A stretch of 8,927 bases of DNA from Clostridiales bacterium (GTDB taxonomy: Bacteria > Bacillota > Clostridia > TANB77 > CAG-508): positions 163,211-172,137 of the forward strand of contig DNVW01000012.1 of the NCBI GenBank assembly GCA_003507395.1, in the 5' to 3' direction. The notes beneath the pieces are model-generated. The model was not told the DNA's origin. It made no database searches and saw nothing but the letters and a program-made list of their open reading frames with translations. The position numbers and the translations under genes are program-made. This document shows positions 1-7,352 of this stretch, in pieces. Position 1 is the first letter of the stretch. The number at the start of each line of letters is the position of its first letter.

Positions 1-422
1 ACATCATCTTTTTTTAATGCATTATGAACAGTCATTTTTTTCTTTCCCCTAATGTCATGTGAATGAGATAGGTTAATTGATTTTTCTGCTACTTCAATAG
101 AACTTTGTACTGTATTTGTTATCTTTTCATTATCTGGATTTGGAGATATACTAGAATTAACACTTATATCCGCATTTGCCGTATATGAGTGATTTGCATT
201 AAGTGTTTTATCATCCGTTTTCCAATCTATCGTAACATCTACAGTATAATCAGTAACATTCTTAGTTAATATTAAAAATTCAGATGTTAATTTAAATTTT
301 TATTCCACTGTAACCTCTAGTGGACTCGTATTTGTAACAATTCCATATAAAACATTGCAAGGAGCTGATGCTTCTTCAGCTCCCTGCGAAATTCTTTTTA
401 ATACATCTATTAGACTCGCCAT
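1..422 (-). pseudogene. XkdR-like (DUF2577) baseplate/spike-associated gene interrupted by an in-frame TAA (3' end outside window)
   Basis: ATG 422 has RBS GGAGGA. It reads MASLIDVLKRISQGAEEASAPCNVLYGIVTNTSPLEVTVE, then TAA (302-300). The same frame stays open for 99 more codons to the window edge: KFKLTSEFLILTKNVTDYTVDV...LSHSHDIRGKKKMTVHNALKKDD. The PLEV.V-x-KF.LT.EFLIL and HSH...G.K...VHN.LK..D patterns on either side of the stop belong to one DUF2577-type protein. No start codon or RBS is available for the downstream part. Confidence 0.55.
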
Positions 423-434
423 ATTATCCTCCAA

Positions 435-1397
435 TTACTGTGATATGAAATCTTGCCCCCTTAATGTCAAATCCATAAAATGTTCTCCATTCTTAAATGT
501 ATGTTTTGCTTTTTCAACCAACATAAAATTTTGAAGTTTTACATCTCCTAAATCTAAATTCACAATTATTAAAGAGCCCCCTCTAACTCTGATATCTCCA
601 ATAACATTTTTGATTTCTAAGTTTCTAGTCTTCTGATTATATAAATTTAATAAAGTTTTTGCCTTAACTGCTCCATTTGTTTTTTCATCAATAGTATCAA
701 AGTATTGTAACACTCCCCACTTGTTCATATTACTTGTATCTTGTGCTATATATACTTCCCTTTTTCCTGTTTTTTCATTGTCATATACTAATTTAACTTT
801 ATTATATGTATCTGTATCTATAGAACTTTGGTAATCAAAGTTTTGTGCAGTTTCTTCATCTATAATAAGTCCCACTTTCATTCGTTCTAGGTTTTTTAAG
901 CATATTTGTCCAAAATCATCATAAAGAACATACATTTCCTTTTTGTACTGTATTGTTTCATCTAAAGCATTTAAAATAATGTCAAAAAGAGCCTGATTAC
1001 TTTCAGATTTTTTTGCGATTTTATAATTTGTATTTTCTAAAGTTCCAACATTTAATTGAAAATCATTTGCGATCATTCTAACTAACTCATCGGCTCTTTT
1101 ATCAACATATACATAACTTGATTTGTTTTTTAAATATCTTAATTGATCATATGCTGTTGTCTTTATTATTTTATCCTTTTCTCTTTTCTTAGTAAAAACA
1201 AATCCATAAAACACTTTATTTCCATTAACTTTAAAGCTTATTGGATTTCCTTCTTCATAATTTATTATGTTATCTTTCAATACTTTAAACTCTAGCTTGC
1301 CTGGAGATGATTTTCTTTCTGTAGTCCAAACAATTTCATCTTGTGTAACGGGTGCATATACAGTATTTCCATTTTGAATTAATAACTCTATCTCCAT
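435..1397 (-). CDS. XkdQ/YqbQ-family baseplate hub protein (late control gene D-like)
   Basis: The ORF track starts at a TTG (1424). ATG 1397 (MEIELLIQNGN...) is preceded by AGGAGGTG with a 5-nt spacer. Motifs TAYDQLRYLKNK, ALFDII.NALDET, MYVLYDDFGQ, NFDYQSSID.DTYN, TGKREVY, WGVLQYF and GD.RVRGGS are characteristic of the XkdQ family. Confidence 0.9.
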   Translation of the reverse strand: MEIELLIQNGNTVYAPVTQDEIVWTTERKSSPGKLEFKVLKDNIINYEEGNPISFKVNGNKVFYGFVFTKKREKDKIIKTTAYDQLRYLKNKSSYVYVDKRADELVRMIANDFQLNVGTLENTNYKIAKKSESNQALFDIILNALDETIQYKKEMYVLYDDFGQICLKNLERMKVGLIIDEETAQNFDYQSSIDTDTYNKVKLVYDNEKTGKREVYIAQDTSNMNKWGVLQYFDTIDEKTNGAVKAKTLLNLYNQKTRNLEIKNVIGDIRVRGGSLIIVNLDLGDVKLQNFMLVEKAKHTFKNGEHFMDLTLRGQDFISQ

Positions 1398-1408
1398 ACA
1401 AACACCTC

Positions 1409-2092
1409 CTATGCTGGTATCCAAAGTACCTGATTTGGATATATCAAGTTTGGATTTTTTATTTTATCTCTATTGGCTTCATATATTTTTCTATATTTAT
1501 TTCCTTTTCCATAAAATTTTTTAGAAATATTCCATAAACAGTCTCCTCTTTTTACAGTATAATTTTGGCCACTTGGAGCCGAATTCTTTTGAGTTGCTGT
1601 TACCGTTGGTGTAACAGTTCTTTCGACAACAGGTGGCCTATATTGTTTTATAGTTATTTGCATAGTTTTTGTAGAGTACTCTTTATATTGTTTAAGCTTT
1701 ATTTCAACTTTTACATCAAATCCTTCCTTTGCTTCTTCAGTAATTTTATAATCCTCTAAAGAAACCTTTATATTCGTATCAAATAAAACCTTTCCATTAG
1801 GTAATTTTCTTGAAACAATAAATTGAAAAGGAGTATTATTTATTTTCAACTTTTCAAGTATATTTAAATAATATACTGCAGGCTGAAATTCATTTTTATA
1901 TGTTGCAAAGGGATAATTTGTGTTTGGAAGTAATGCTTTGAATTCAATTTCTGTCAAACCTGGTTTTTTTAAAACATTTATTTCTTGGTTATTAATTAAA
2001 TCGTAAGTCTTATTTTTATTACTTATTTTTAATGATAATTTATCGGGAGCAATAGGTAATAATGTATTTCCTAAATAAAAATAATATGCCAT
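1409..2092 (-). CDS. LysM-domain tail/baseplate protein (XkdP/YqbP-like)
   Basis: The ORF track starts at a TTG (2128). ATG 2092 (MAYYFYLGNTLLPIAPDKL...) is preceded by GGAGGGAGG. The C-terminal 50 aa, YTVKRGDCLWNISKKFYGKGNKYRKIYEANRDKIKNPNLIYPNQVLWIPA (nt 1412-1561), form a canonical LysM motif. It follows the tape measure gene as in PBSX. Confidence 0.88.
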   Translation of the reverse strand: MAYYFYLGNTLLPIAPDKLSLKISNKNKTYDLINNQEINVLKKPGLTEIEFKALLPNTNYPFATYKNEFQPAVYYLNILEKLKINNTPFQFIVSRKLPNGKVLFDTNIKVSLEDYKITEEAKEGFDVKVEIKLKQYKEYSTKTMQITIKQYRPPVVERTVTPTVTATQKNSAPSGQNYTVKRGDCLWNISKKFYGKGNKYRKIYEANRDKIKNPNLIYPNQVLWIPA

Positions 2093-2105
2093 TTTTTCCT
2101 CCCTC

Positions 2106-4268
2106 CTAAGTATGAACTCCATCCGCAACGGATTGTAATTCTTCTTCTAATCTGGTAGCTAGTTTTTCAACTATTCCATCAATATCTTGTTCTTCATTTA
2201 TGTTATTATTATTATTCATTGTAATATTTACGCTTGCTGTAGTAAATCTATTTACAGTATCTCTTTCTGCTATATCAATCAAATATTTTAAATCTTCTTC
2301 AGATATTTCTGAGTTATCAGCTATTTTTTTAGTATCTCCAGCAATATCTCCAAGTGTGCCATCACCCATGCTACTAAAATCAAAACCATCCATACTTAAG
2401 GCATCGTTTATAGCTGAAGTTGCACCATTTATCCAATCATTTCTATGGTCTGTTCTATCTTGTCTTGTAGTTTCTAGCTCTATAACCTTATTTTGTATAT
2501 CAGTAGCTGAGCTACTTAAATCTGCTGCAAATTTTGCTTTATTTTCGTTGATTGAATTATTTACTTCATTCATATCATCTAGCATGCTTTGTAAATCTTC
2601 GTTTCTTCTTACAACATTGTCCATCATGCCTTCCATTGCCTTATCTGCGAAATTCGCATATTGTGCATAATCTATTGAAACTCCTGGTATTTTATTTAAA
2701 ATTGAAATTATTCCATTTACGATTCCTAATACTCCATTATACAGCCATTGAAAAATATACAGTATTCCTACTCCAACAGCTTCTAATCCTGTTTCAAATG
2801 CATACCATGCAGATAACAATGCATAGCAAACTCCTATCATTCCTAATAGCATAAATTGTGCTGCTAGAACTATTCCATAAAAAACTGTTTTGCATCCTAG
2901 CCATAAAGTCATAGCACCTATAACTAACATGTCCCATAAATATATAATTGCATAAGCCACCTTATCGTTAGTAAACCACAAGTATGTAAGTGCCACTATT
3001 AAGGCCATAATCAATACAACAATCCATACGATAGGACAAGCATATAATGCAGTATTTAATCCATATTGTGCAGCTGTAGCAGATAATGTTGCTCCGGCTT
3101 GCATCATACTTGCTGCTGCTTGTACTTTTTGTATAATAGCTAATATAGTCAGAATTCCACTTGTAATAGTAGAAATTACATTAAATGCAATATATGCTCC
3201 AACTATTCCTAGTATTACTGGTGCAAGTGGCTCTAAAATACTATATAACCATGCTGCAGTTTCTATTAAACTTAATACAGCCTGCGCAGCTAAGCTTGCT
3301 CCTTCTATAAACATATTGAACATTTCCTGTACTTGCTGATTATTTGCTAGAGCATTAATTTTTTTCAAAACTGGATCTAATGCTTTAATTGTTATATTTT
3401 TCATTTTTGTCCATACTTGAGCCCAAGTCATTGGCATTTTGTTATATCTGTCATTTATTTGGTCTGCTGTTGAAAACATAGCATTTTTTATAATATCAGA
3501 TGTAATTACGCCCTGTGATGATAATTCTTTTAAATCTCCTTTGGATTTACCGGTATAGTTTGCTATTGCCTCAGCTAATAAAGGTGCATTCTCCATAATG
3601 CTACGGAATTCATCCCCTTGTAATTTGCCAGATGCCATCGCTTGTGTTAATTGATACATTGCAGAAGTTTGTTCTTGAATACTTGCACCACCTATTGTAA
3701 AATTTTTATTCATTAACTCTGTAAATGCAATTATCTCATCTGTATTTTTAAAATTATCCCCTGCCAGAATTCCTAATTTTGATACAACGCTAGTAGTATC
3801 CAGAAATGAAGATCTAGTTCTATTCGACATCGCAAATATTTTATTTTCTAAATTTTCTACACTATCATTATCATCTACTATCAGTTCAAGTCTTGCTCTA
3901 TTGCTAGAAACTTGATCGGATAAGTCAACTGTTTTTCCAATTATTGTTATTCCTCCTGCTGCTATTGCAACATTCTTTATAGTATTTAATAGTTTATTTG
4001 CCGCCAAATTAGAATTTTCAAAGTTAGAAGGCATTTTTCTTGTTTCATTATTAGCATTTTGTGCTGACTGTTCTATCTGGTTCAATATCATATTTGTATT
4101 ATTTAACTCTTCCTTCGCTATTTTTAGTGATTGTAAATCAACTGGATTAGATGATGCTGTTTGCATATCTTCAAAATTATTAATAAGAATTCTGCAAGCA
4201 TTGCTCATACTTCTAAGTGCAGGAGACATACTGTCTTGAACCATTATAGCAGTTTTTATTGTTGCCAT
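2106..4268 (-). CDS. Tail tape measure protein
   Basis: 720-aa ORF with RBS GGAAGGTG. It contains the conserved tape-measure core motif MYQLTQAMASGKLQGDEFRSIMENAPLLAEAIA...LKELSSQGVITSDII (aa about 195-265, nt 3474-3686). Coiled-coil-like polar ends flank a long hydrophobic centre. It lies directly after the chaperone pair. Confidence 0.92.
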   Translation of the reverse strand: MATIKTAIMVQDSMSPALRSMSNACRILINNFEDMQTASSNPVDLQSLKIAKEELNNTNMILNQIEQSAQNANNETRKMPSNFENSNLAANKLLNTIKNVAIAAGGITIIGKTVDLSDQVSSNRARLELIVDDNDSVENLENKIFAMSNRTRSSFLDTTSVVSKLGILAGDNFKNTDEIIAFTELMNKNFTIGGASIQEQTSAMYQLTQAMASGKLQGDEFRSIMENAPLLAEAIANYTGKSKGDLKELSSQGVITSDIIKNAMFSTADQINDRYNKMPMTWAQVWTKMKNITIKALDPVLKKINALANNQQVQEMFNMFIEGASLAAQAVLSLIETAAWLYSILEPLAPVILGIVGAYIAFNVISTITSGILTILAIIQKVQAAASMMQAGATLSATAAQYGLNTALYACPIVWIVVLIMALIVALTYLWFTNDKVAYAIIYLWDMLVIGAMTLWLGCKTVFYGIVLAAQFMLLGMIGVCYALLSAWYAFETGLEAVGVGILYIFQWLYNGVLGIVNGIISILNKIPGVSIDYAQYANFADKAMEGMMDNVVRRNEDLQSMLDDMNEVNNSINENKAKFAADLSSSATDIQNKVIELETTRQDRTDHRNDWINGATSAINDALSMDGFDFSSMGDGTLGDIAGDTKKIADNSEISEEDLKYLIDIAERDTVNRFTTASVNITMNNNNNINEEQDIDGIVEKLATRLEEELQSVADGVHT

Positions 4269-4297
4269 TGTTTCACCTTCCTTCTCTTATTTCCACA

Positions 4298-4890
4298 TTA
4301 TTTTTTTAATTTACTTTGCTGTTCTTTTTCATTTTCAATTCTAATATCAATAGATGCAATAACAAAAGCTTTTTCTTTAAATGGTAATTCTATAAATTCA
4401 TGTGGAAATCTATGAAGTTTTTGAAGGCAATAATGAGCATACACAGCTTCATAATCGCCTTCTTTAATTAGTTTTTTGCTTCTTCAACCGCTTCTTCTAA
4501 TTCATATCCATTTATTCTTTGAATTTCTGCTGTTAGATCATCATATTCTGCAGCATTTAATAAATGTTTTGTCAACAAATCAATAGAGTCCATCTCATGA
4601 TAAAAGTCTAATAACTCTGCATTGTGAAGGTCCGGAAATATAACACATTTATCAGTAAGCAATTGCAAATATCTAATTGTATCTAATTGCTGTTGATATC
4701 CTTTTTTCTTTCCATTTTGTACTATAACTTGTCTATAGCATTGTTTTCTTAAATCTTCATTCTCTTTTGCAGTTATAGTTTTTAATTTCCATGGGATAGG
4801 CTTTCCATTTTCATCCTTGAAGTTTTTAGAAGCTACATATTCAAAAACTTCTTCTTTCTTTTCAATCATAAAAGCTTGTAAATTGCTCAT
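4298..4890 (-). CDS. Tail assembly chaperone, predicted -1 frameshift fusion product (about 197 aa; G/GT-type)
   Basis: After a -1 slip at A AAA AAC (4477-4471) the frame reads LIKEGDYEAVYAHYCLQKLHRFPHEFIELPFKEKAFVIASIDIRIENEKEQQSKLKK, ending at TAA 4300-4298. That is 57 sense codons with no ATG in frame and no plausibly spaced RBS. It fills the otherwise unexplained 200-nt gap before the tape measure gene. The EKAF.IASI...E.EK tail is typical of these extensions. Confidence 0.65.
4423..4462 (-). promoter_or_regulatory. Putative frameshift-stimulating stem-loop 8 nt downstream of the slippery site
   Basis: The minus-strand RNA is GAAGGCGAUUAUGAAGCUGUGUAUGCUCAUUAUUGCCUUC. GAAGGC and GCCUUC form a perfect 6-bp base. 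The stem extends (G-U, A-U, U-A, mismatch, A-U, U-A, G-C, A-U, bulge, G-C, C-G) around a 7-nt loop. The 8-nt spacer (UAAUUAAA) is in the range typical of -1 PRF stimulators. Confidence 0.45.
4468..4890 (-). CDS. Tail assembly chaperone, zero-frame product (XkdN-like)
   Basis: 140-aa acidic ORF between the tube and tape measure genes with RBS AAGAAGGAA. It has the size, position and character of XkdN-type chaperones. It ends ...GCA AAA AAC TAA, so the slippery heptamer lies immediately before the stop codon. Confidence 0.85.
   Translation of the reverse strand: MSNLQAFMIEKKEEVFEYVASKNFKDENGKPIPWKLKTITAKENEDLRKQCYRQVIVQNGKKKGYQQQLDTIRYLQLLTDKCVIFPDLHNAELLDFYHEMDSIDLLTKHLLNAAEYDDLTAEIQRINGYELEEAVEEAKN
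4471..4477 (-). promoter_or_regulatory. Slippery heptanucleotide A AAA AAC (X XXY YYZ) for a programmed -1 ribosomal frameshift
   Basis: The minus strand reads GCA AAA AAC TAA in the chaperone frame, so the heptamer is in the correct phase. The -1 frame is open downstream, while the +1 frame stops within three codons (ACT AAT TAA). Confidence 0.6.
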
Positions 4891-4915
4891 AATATTCCTT
4901 CTTTCTTATTTATTT

Positions 4916-5389
4916 TTATTCCATTCCATCTAAAACTTTAAATTTAGTTGGATTTGCAAAATCTTCAAATGTAAATTCAATCTCTTGCTCTAGAAAATCT
5001 CCATCTACATCAAATGATGCTAATACTCCACCATTGATATTGCAACCTTTAAATATCATTGAACATGCACCTGCTGATGATGTTGGATCTTCATTTGTTA
5101 CCTGAGTATCAAAATATACATCTTCTCCCGAATTTTTATATCTTTCCATAAGCTCATCAAAAATAGATGTATTTTTATATACTGTCATTTTTCCTGTACC
5201 TTTCCAGCCAGTTGATTTATTTCCAGCACCTGTTTTTCCTAATATGTTTATTTCCTTTTTAGTTTTCTCAAATTTTGCTTCAAAATCTTTTGCTTGCATT
5301 AGTAAATATCTTCTTCCTTCGATAGTTACGTAGCAGTCTGCCAATTTTGCGCTAATAGCATCTTTAGCATTCATATTAATTTCAGACAT
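4916..5389 (-). CDS. Phage tail tube protein (XkdM/YqbM-like)
   Basis: 157-aa ORF with RBS AAAGGAGGAAA. The motifs YFDTQVTNEDPTSSAG, ASFDVDGDFLEQEIEFTFEDF and the GTGKMTVYKNTS segment match the XkdM-type tube family. It is adjacent to the sheath gene. Confidence 0.9.
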   Translation of the reverse strand: MSEINMNAKDAISAKLADCYVTIEGRRYLLMQAKDFEAKFEKTKKEINILGKTGAGNKSTGWKGTGKMTVYKNTSIFDELMERYKNSGEDVYFDTQVTNEDPTSSAGACSMIFKGCNINGGVLASFDVDGDFLEQEIEFTFEDFANPTKFKVLDGME

Positions 5390-5405
5390 AATAAATTTCC
5401 TCCTT

Positions 5406-5438
5406 TAAAATAAATTAAGAGAACATGTACTGCCCTCT
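5406..5438 (-). terminator. Weak hairpin plus U-rich tract after the sheath gene (possible attenuator or mRNA-stabilising element)
   Basis: On the minus-strand RNA the sequence is AAGAGGGCA-GUACA-UGUUCUCUU, a 9-bp stem that includes 2 G-U pairs (5416-5438). It is followed by AAUUUAUUUU and sits in the largest true intergenic gap (50 nt). The stem is weak and the U-tract is interrupted. Confidence 0.25.
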
Positions 5439-5439
5439 T

Positions 5440-6732
5440 TTATTCTACAACTACGGTCATATATAATTTTTCCATAGCATTAACTATTTGTACTGCAGCA
5501 TCAATAGTTACGGATTTTTTATCATTTCCAATTGCTACTGCGATATCTGTGTCTTTAAAATTCTCTATTGCTTGTATCTGTTGATATGATTTAAATAATG
5601 TTGCTATATCATTCCATAATGAGGTTCTTCCAGACTCATTATTTGCAATTTTTCCTATGTATTTTGAATTAAATACACTTGCTACATCTGTTGCAATTTG
5701 GTCTAATACCCTTATAGTTTGATTTGATTTAAACTCTTCACCTTTTTCATCAGTAGTATTAACTAAGCTGTTTATATCCACTAAAACTCTAACTTGGTCA
5801 CCTACTTGATGTAAAACAAATTCTCCACTATCAATTGCTGTTTCTAGTTGTGCTTGTGTATATTCTGTTTTAGGTGTATATTCTCCATCGTATGTCTTAT
5901 TGGTGTTTGATTTATTTATCTCACAACCTGCAATTACGCCAGTAACCCAATATATCATTCCTATATCTGATTCATCTGCAGCATTTTTTACATTAATAAC
6001 TCCTTCATAATCAGCAGATGTGTTATACAATACAGCTTGAAATTTAATACCTAATTTATCTCTTAATCTTTTTGCATATTGAACATATAAGCCTGTTATA
6101 GATGTATCTTTAGATAAACATCCAACTGCATTGAATGAATAAGATTCAAGTTTGTTTAGAAAATCTTGATGAGCTGTTGAGCTAACTGTTCCATTTGTTC
6201 CACCAGCTAGTGCTGTTCCTGCTGTAACAGTCAGTGTAGTAGCTTTGAATGAAACAAATTCATTTGCAACTAATTCACTTGCTGTTTTTACGATTTGTTT
6301 ATCAACTTCTTTTGTTCCAAGCATCGTTATTACTTCATATTTATTATTATCATCAACATTTTTTTGTATGATAATTTTCAAGTCATTTCCTCGTGTTCCA
6401 GAATATAAAGCTGTTGCAATATCATTTGTAGCTTTTTCTCCTTCATTTAATTTATATAAATATGCTTTCTTGATATTTTTAAATAAATCTCTTAGTCCTT
6501 TTAATTTTGGATCTGAATATTCATATCCAAATAAGGCTAAAGAATTTTTTGCAAATTCTTCTCCTGTTACTGCTATTATTTGGCTATCTTTTCCCCAATC
6601 AAGTTCAAGTGCTAATGCAGCAATTCCTCTATCTCCTGCAACTGCAGAAGCCGCTTTTTGTGATGCAAAATTAATGTATGCACCAGGTATTTTTTTGTTT
6701 TGGACTGTAAAAGTTCCTCCTCCTAATGACAT
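5440..6732 (-). CDS. Phage tail sheath protein (XkdK/YqbK-like)
   Basis: 430-aa ORF with RBS GGAAAGGTG. The N-terminus MSLGGGTFTVQNKKIPGAYINF is the hallmark start of contractile tail sheath proteins. Its size and its position immediately upstream of the tube gene both fit. Confidence 0.93.
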   Translation of the reverse strand: MSLGGGTFTVQNKKIPGAYINFASQKAASAVAGDRGIAALALELDWGKDSQIIAVTGEEFAKNSLALFGYEYSDPKLKGLRDLFKNIKKAYLYKLNEGEKATNDIATALYSGTRGNDLKIIIQKNVDDNNKYEVITMLGTKEVDKQIVKTASELVANEFVSFKATTLTVTAGTALAGGTNGTVSSTAHQDFLNKLESYSFNAVGCLSKDTSITGLYVQYAKRLRDKLGIKFQAVLYNTSADYEGVINVKNAADESDIGMIYWVTGVIAGCEINKSNTNKTYDGEYTPKTEYTQAQLETAIDSGEFVLHQVGDQVRVLVDINSLVNTTDEKGEEFKSNQTIRVLDQIATDVASVFNSKYIGKIANNESGRTSLWNDIATLFKSYQQIQAIENFKDTDIAVAIGNDKKSVTIDAAVQIVNAMEKLYMTVVVE

Positions 6733-6733
6733 A

Positions 6734-6919
6734 TTAATTCACCTTTCCTTTCCTAAAATCTTCTATTGTCTTATTTACTTCTTCTAATGTATATAATTTA
6801 TCATCTTTTAATAAAGCATTAAGTAAATCGACATTATCTTTAAATTTTTTTGAATTTACTATTTGTTGTTTAGTAAATCTATCTTCAATTATAGTTTCTA
6901 CTTTTTTTCCCTTAGCCAT
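6734..6919 (-). CDS. Small charged hypothetical protein (61 aa) between the terminator and sheath genes
   Basis: The ORF track gives 6734..6946. The ATG at 6919 (MAKGKKVETII...) is preceded by GGGGAGG with a 9-nt spacer and forms an ATGGCTAA overlap with the upstream stop. Its own stop is 1 nt before the sheath ATG. I recognise no family. Confidence 0.5.
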   Translation of the reverse strand: MAKGKKVETIIEDRFTKQQIVNSKKFKDNVDLLNALLKDDKLYTLEEVNKTIEDFRKGKVN

Positions 6920-7352
6920 CCTTTTTAACCTCCCCATTAAGATCATAATTGTTCATCTGTGTATTATCATTTTCTCCCTTACATATAAATAATTTATAGT
7001 CAATGAAAAAGTGTAACACTCCATCTTCAATTTTAGATTGCATTTTATCTGCTCTAATTAGTGCATTATTAGTTAAAGTTATATACTCTAAATCATATAA
7101 CTTATCTGCCATTTCCATTAAACTTGGTGTATCATCATTTTTTGAAAAACCTGTAATATCAAAATGAAGTATATCTATATAATTTTTTTTATTTATACCT
7201 ATATCTCGATTCTCATTTCCATCTAAGTAATTAATAAAAAAACAAGGTTTTTCCATACCTTGCTGAACATTATCATCATATACCTTATAGGATACATCAA
7301 ATATTTTTCTAATTTTTAAGGAAATCCCTGTCACTATTTTATCAATAACCAT
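6912..7352 (-). CDS. Putative tail terminator / sheath-tube capping protein (XkdJ/YqbJ position)
   Basis: 146-aa ORF with RBS GGAGGAG about 10 nt upstream of the ATG, overlapping the gp10-like gene by 11 nt. The pattern IY.D.VQQG.EKPCFFI...F.I.....LYDLEYI....KIEDGVLHFFIDY resembles Firmicute phage tail-terminator family proteins. It lies just upstream of the sheath gene. Confidence 0.55.
   Translation of the reverse strand: MVIDKIVTGISLKIRKIFDVSYKVYDDNVQQGMEKPCFFINYLDGNENRDIGINKKNYIDILHFDITGFSKNDDTPSLMEMADKLYDLEYITLTNNALIRADKMQSKIEDGVLHFFIDYKLFICKGENDNTQMNNYDLNGEVKKDG

Noticed and set aside
300-302. An alternative genetic code (TAA reassigned) as an explanation for the internal stop in the XkdR-like gene.
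   Set aside because: TAA is used as the genuine terminator of several well-delimited genes in this same operon (XkdQ-like, chaperone, tube, sheath, small ORF). Global reassignment is therefore not supported.
2197-2220. AAT/AAC run encoding NNNNNIN near the tape measure C-terminus, considered as a possible repeat element.
   Set aside because: It is a short low-complexity Asn run, as expected in AT-rich coding sequence. It has no higher-order repeat structure.
4161-4415. 84-aa plus-strand ORF in the apparent gap between the chaperone and tape measure genes.
   Set aside because: It is antisense to the tape measure start and to the -1 frameshift extension. Its sequence is hydrophobic and low-complexity. 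The gap is better explained by the minus-strand frameshift extension.
4390-4452. 20-aa minus-strand ORF (MKLCMLIIAFKNFIDFHMNL) with an AAGAAGG-like sequence 5 nt upstream, just after the chaperone stop.
   Set aside because: It is very short and covers only a third of the gap. Its apparent RBS is part of the hairpin stem. The -1 frame gives a 57-codon product with the usual chaperone-extension character, which is the more parsimonious reading.
6245-6787. 180-aa plus-strand ORF antisense to the sheath gene. Similar plus-strand ORFs lie at 1352-1537, 1565-1759, 2200-2670 and 2552-2854.
   Set aside because: All of them lie entirely opposite well-supported minus-strand genes. Their F/L/I/S-rich low-complexity composition is typical of antisense frames in AT-rich DNA. 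They lack convincing RBSs and resemble no protein family I recognise, so they are shadow ORFs.
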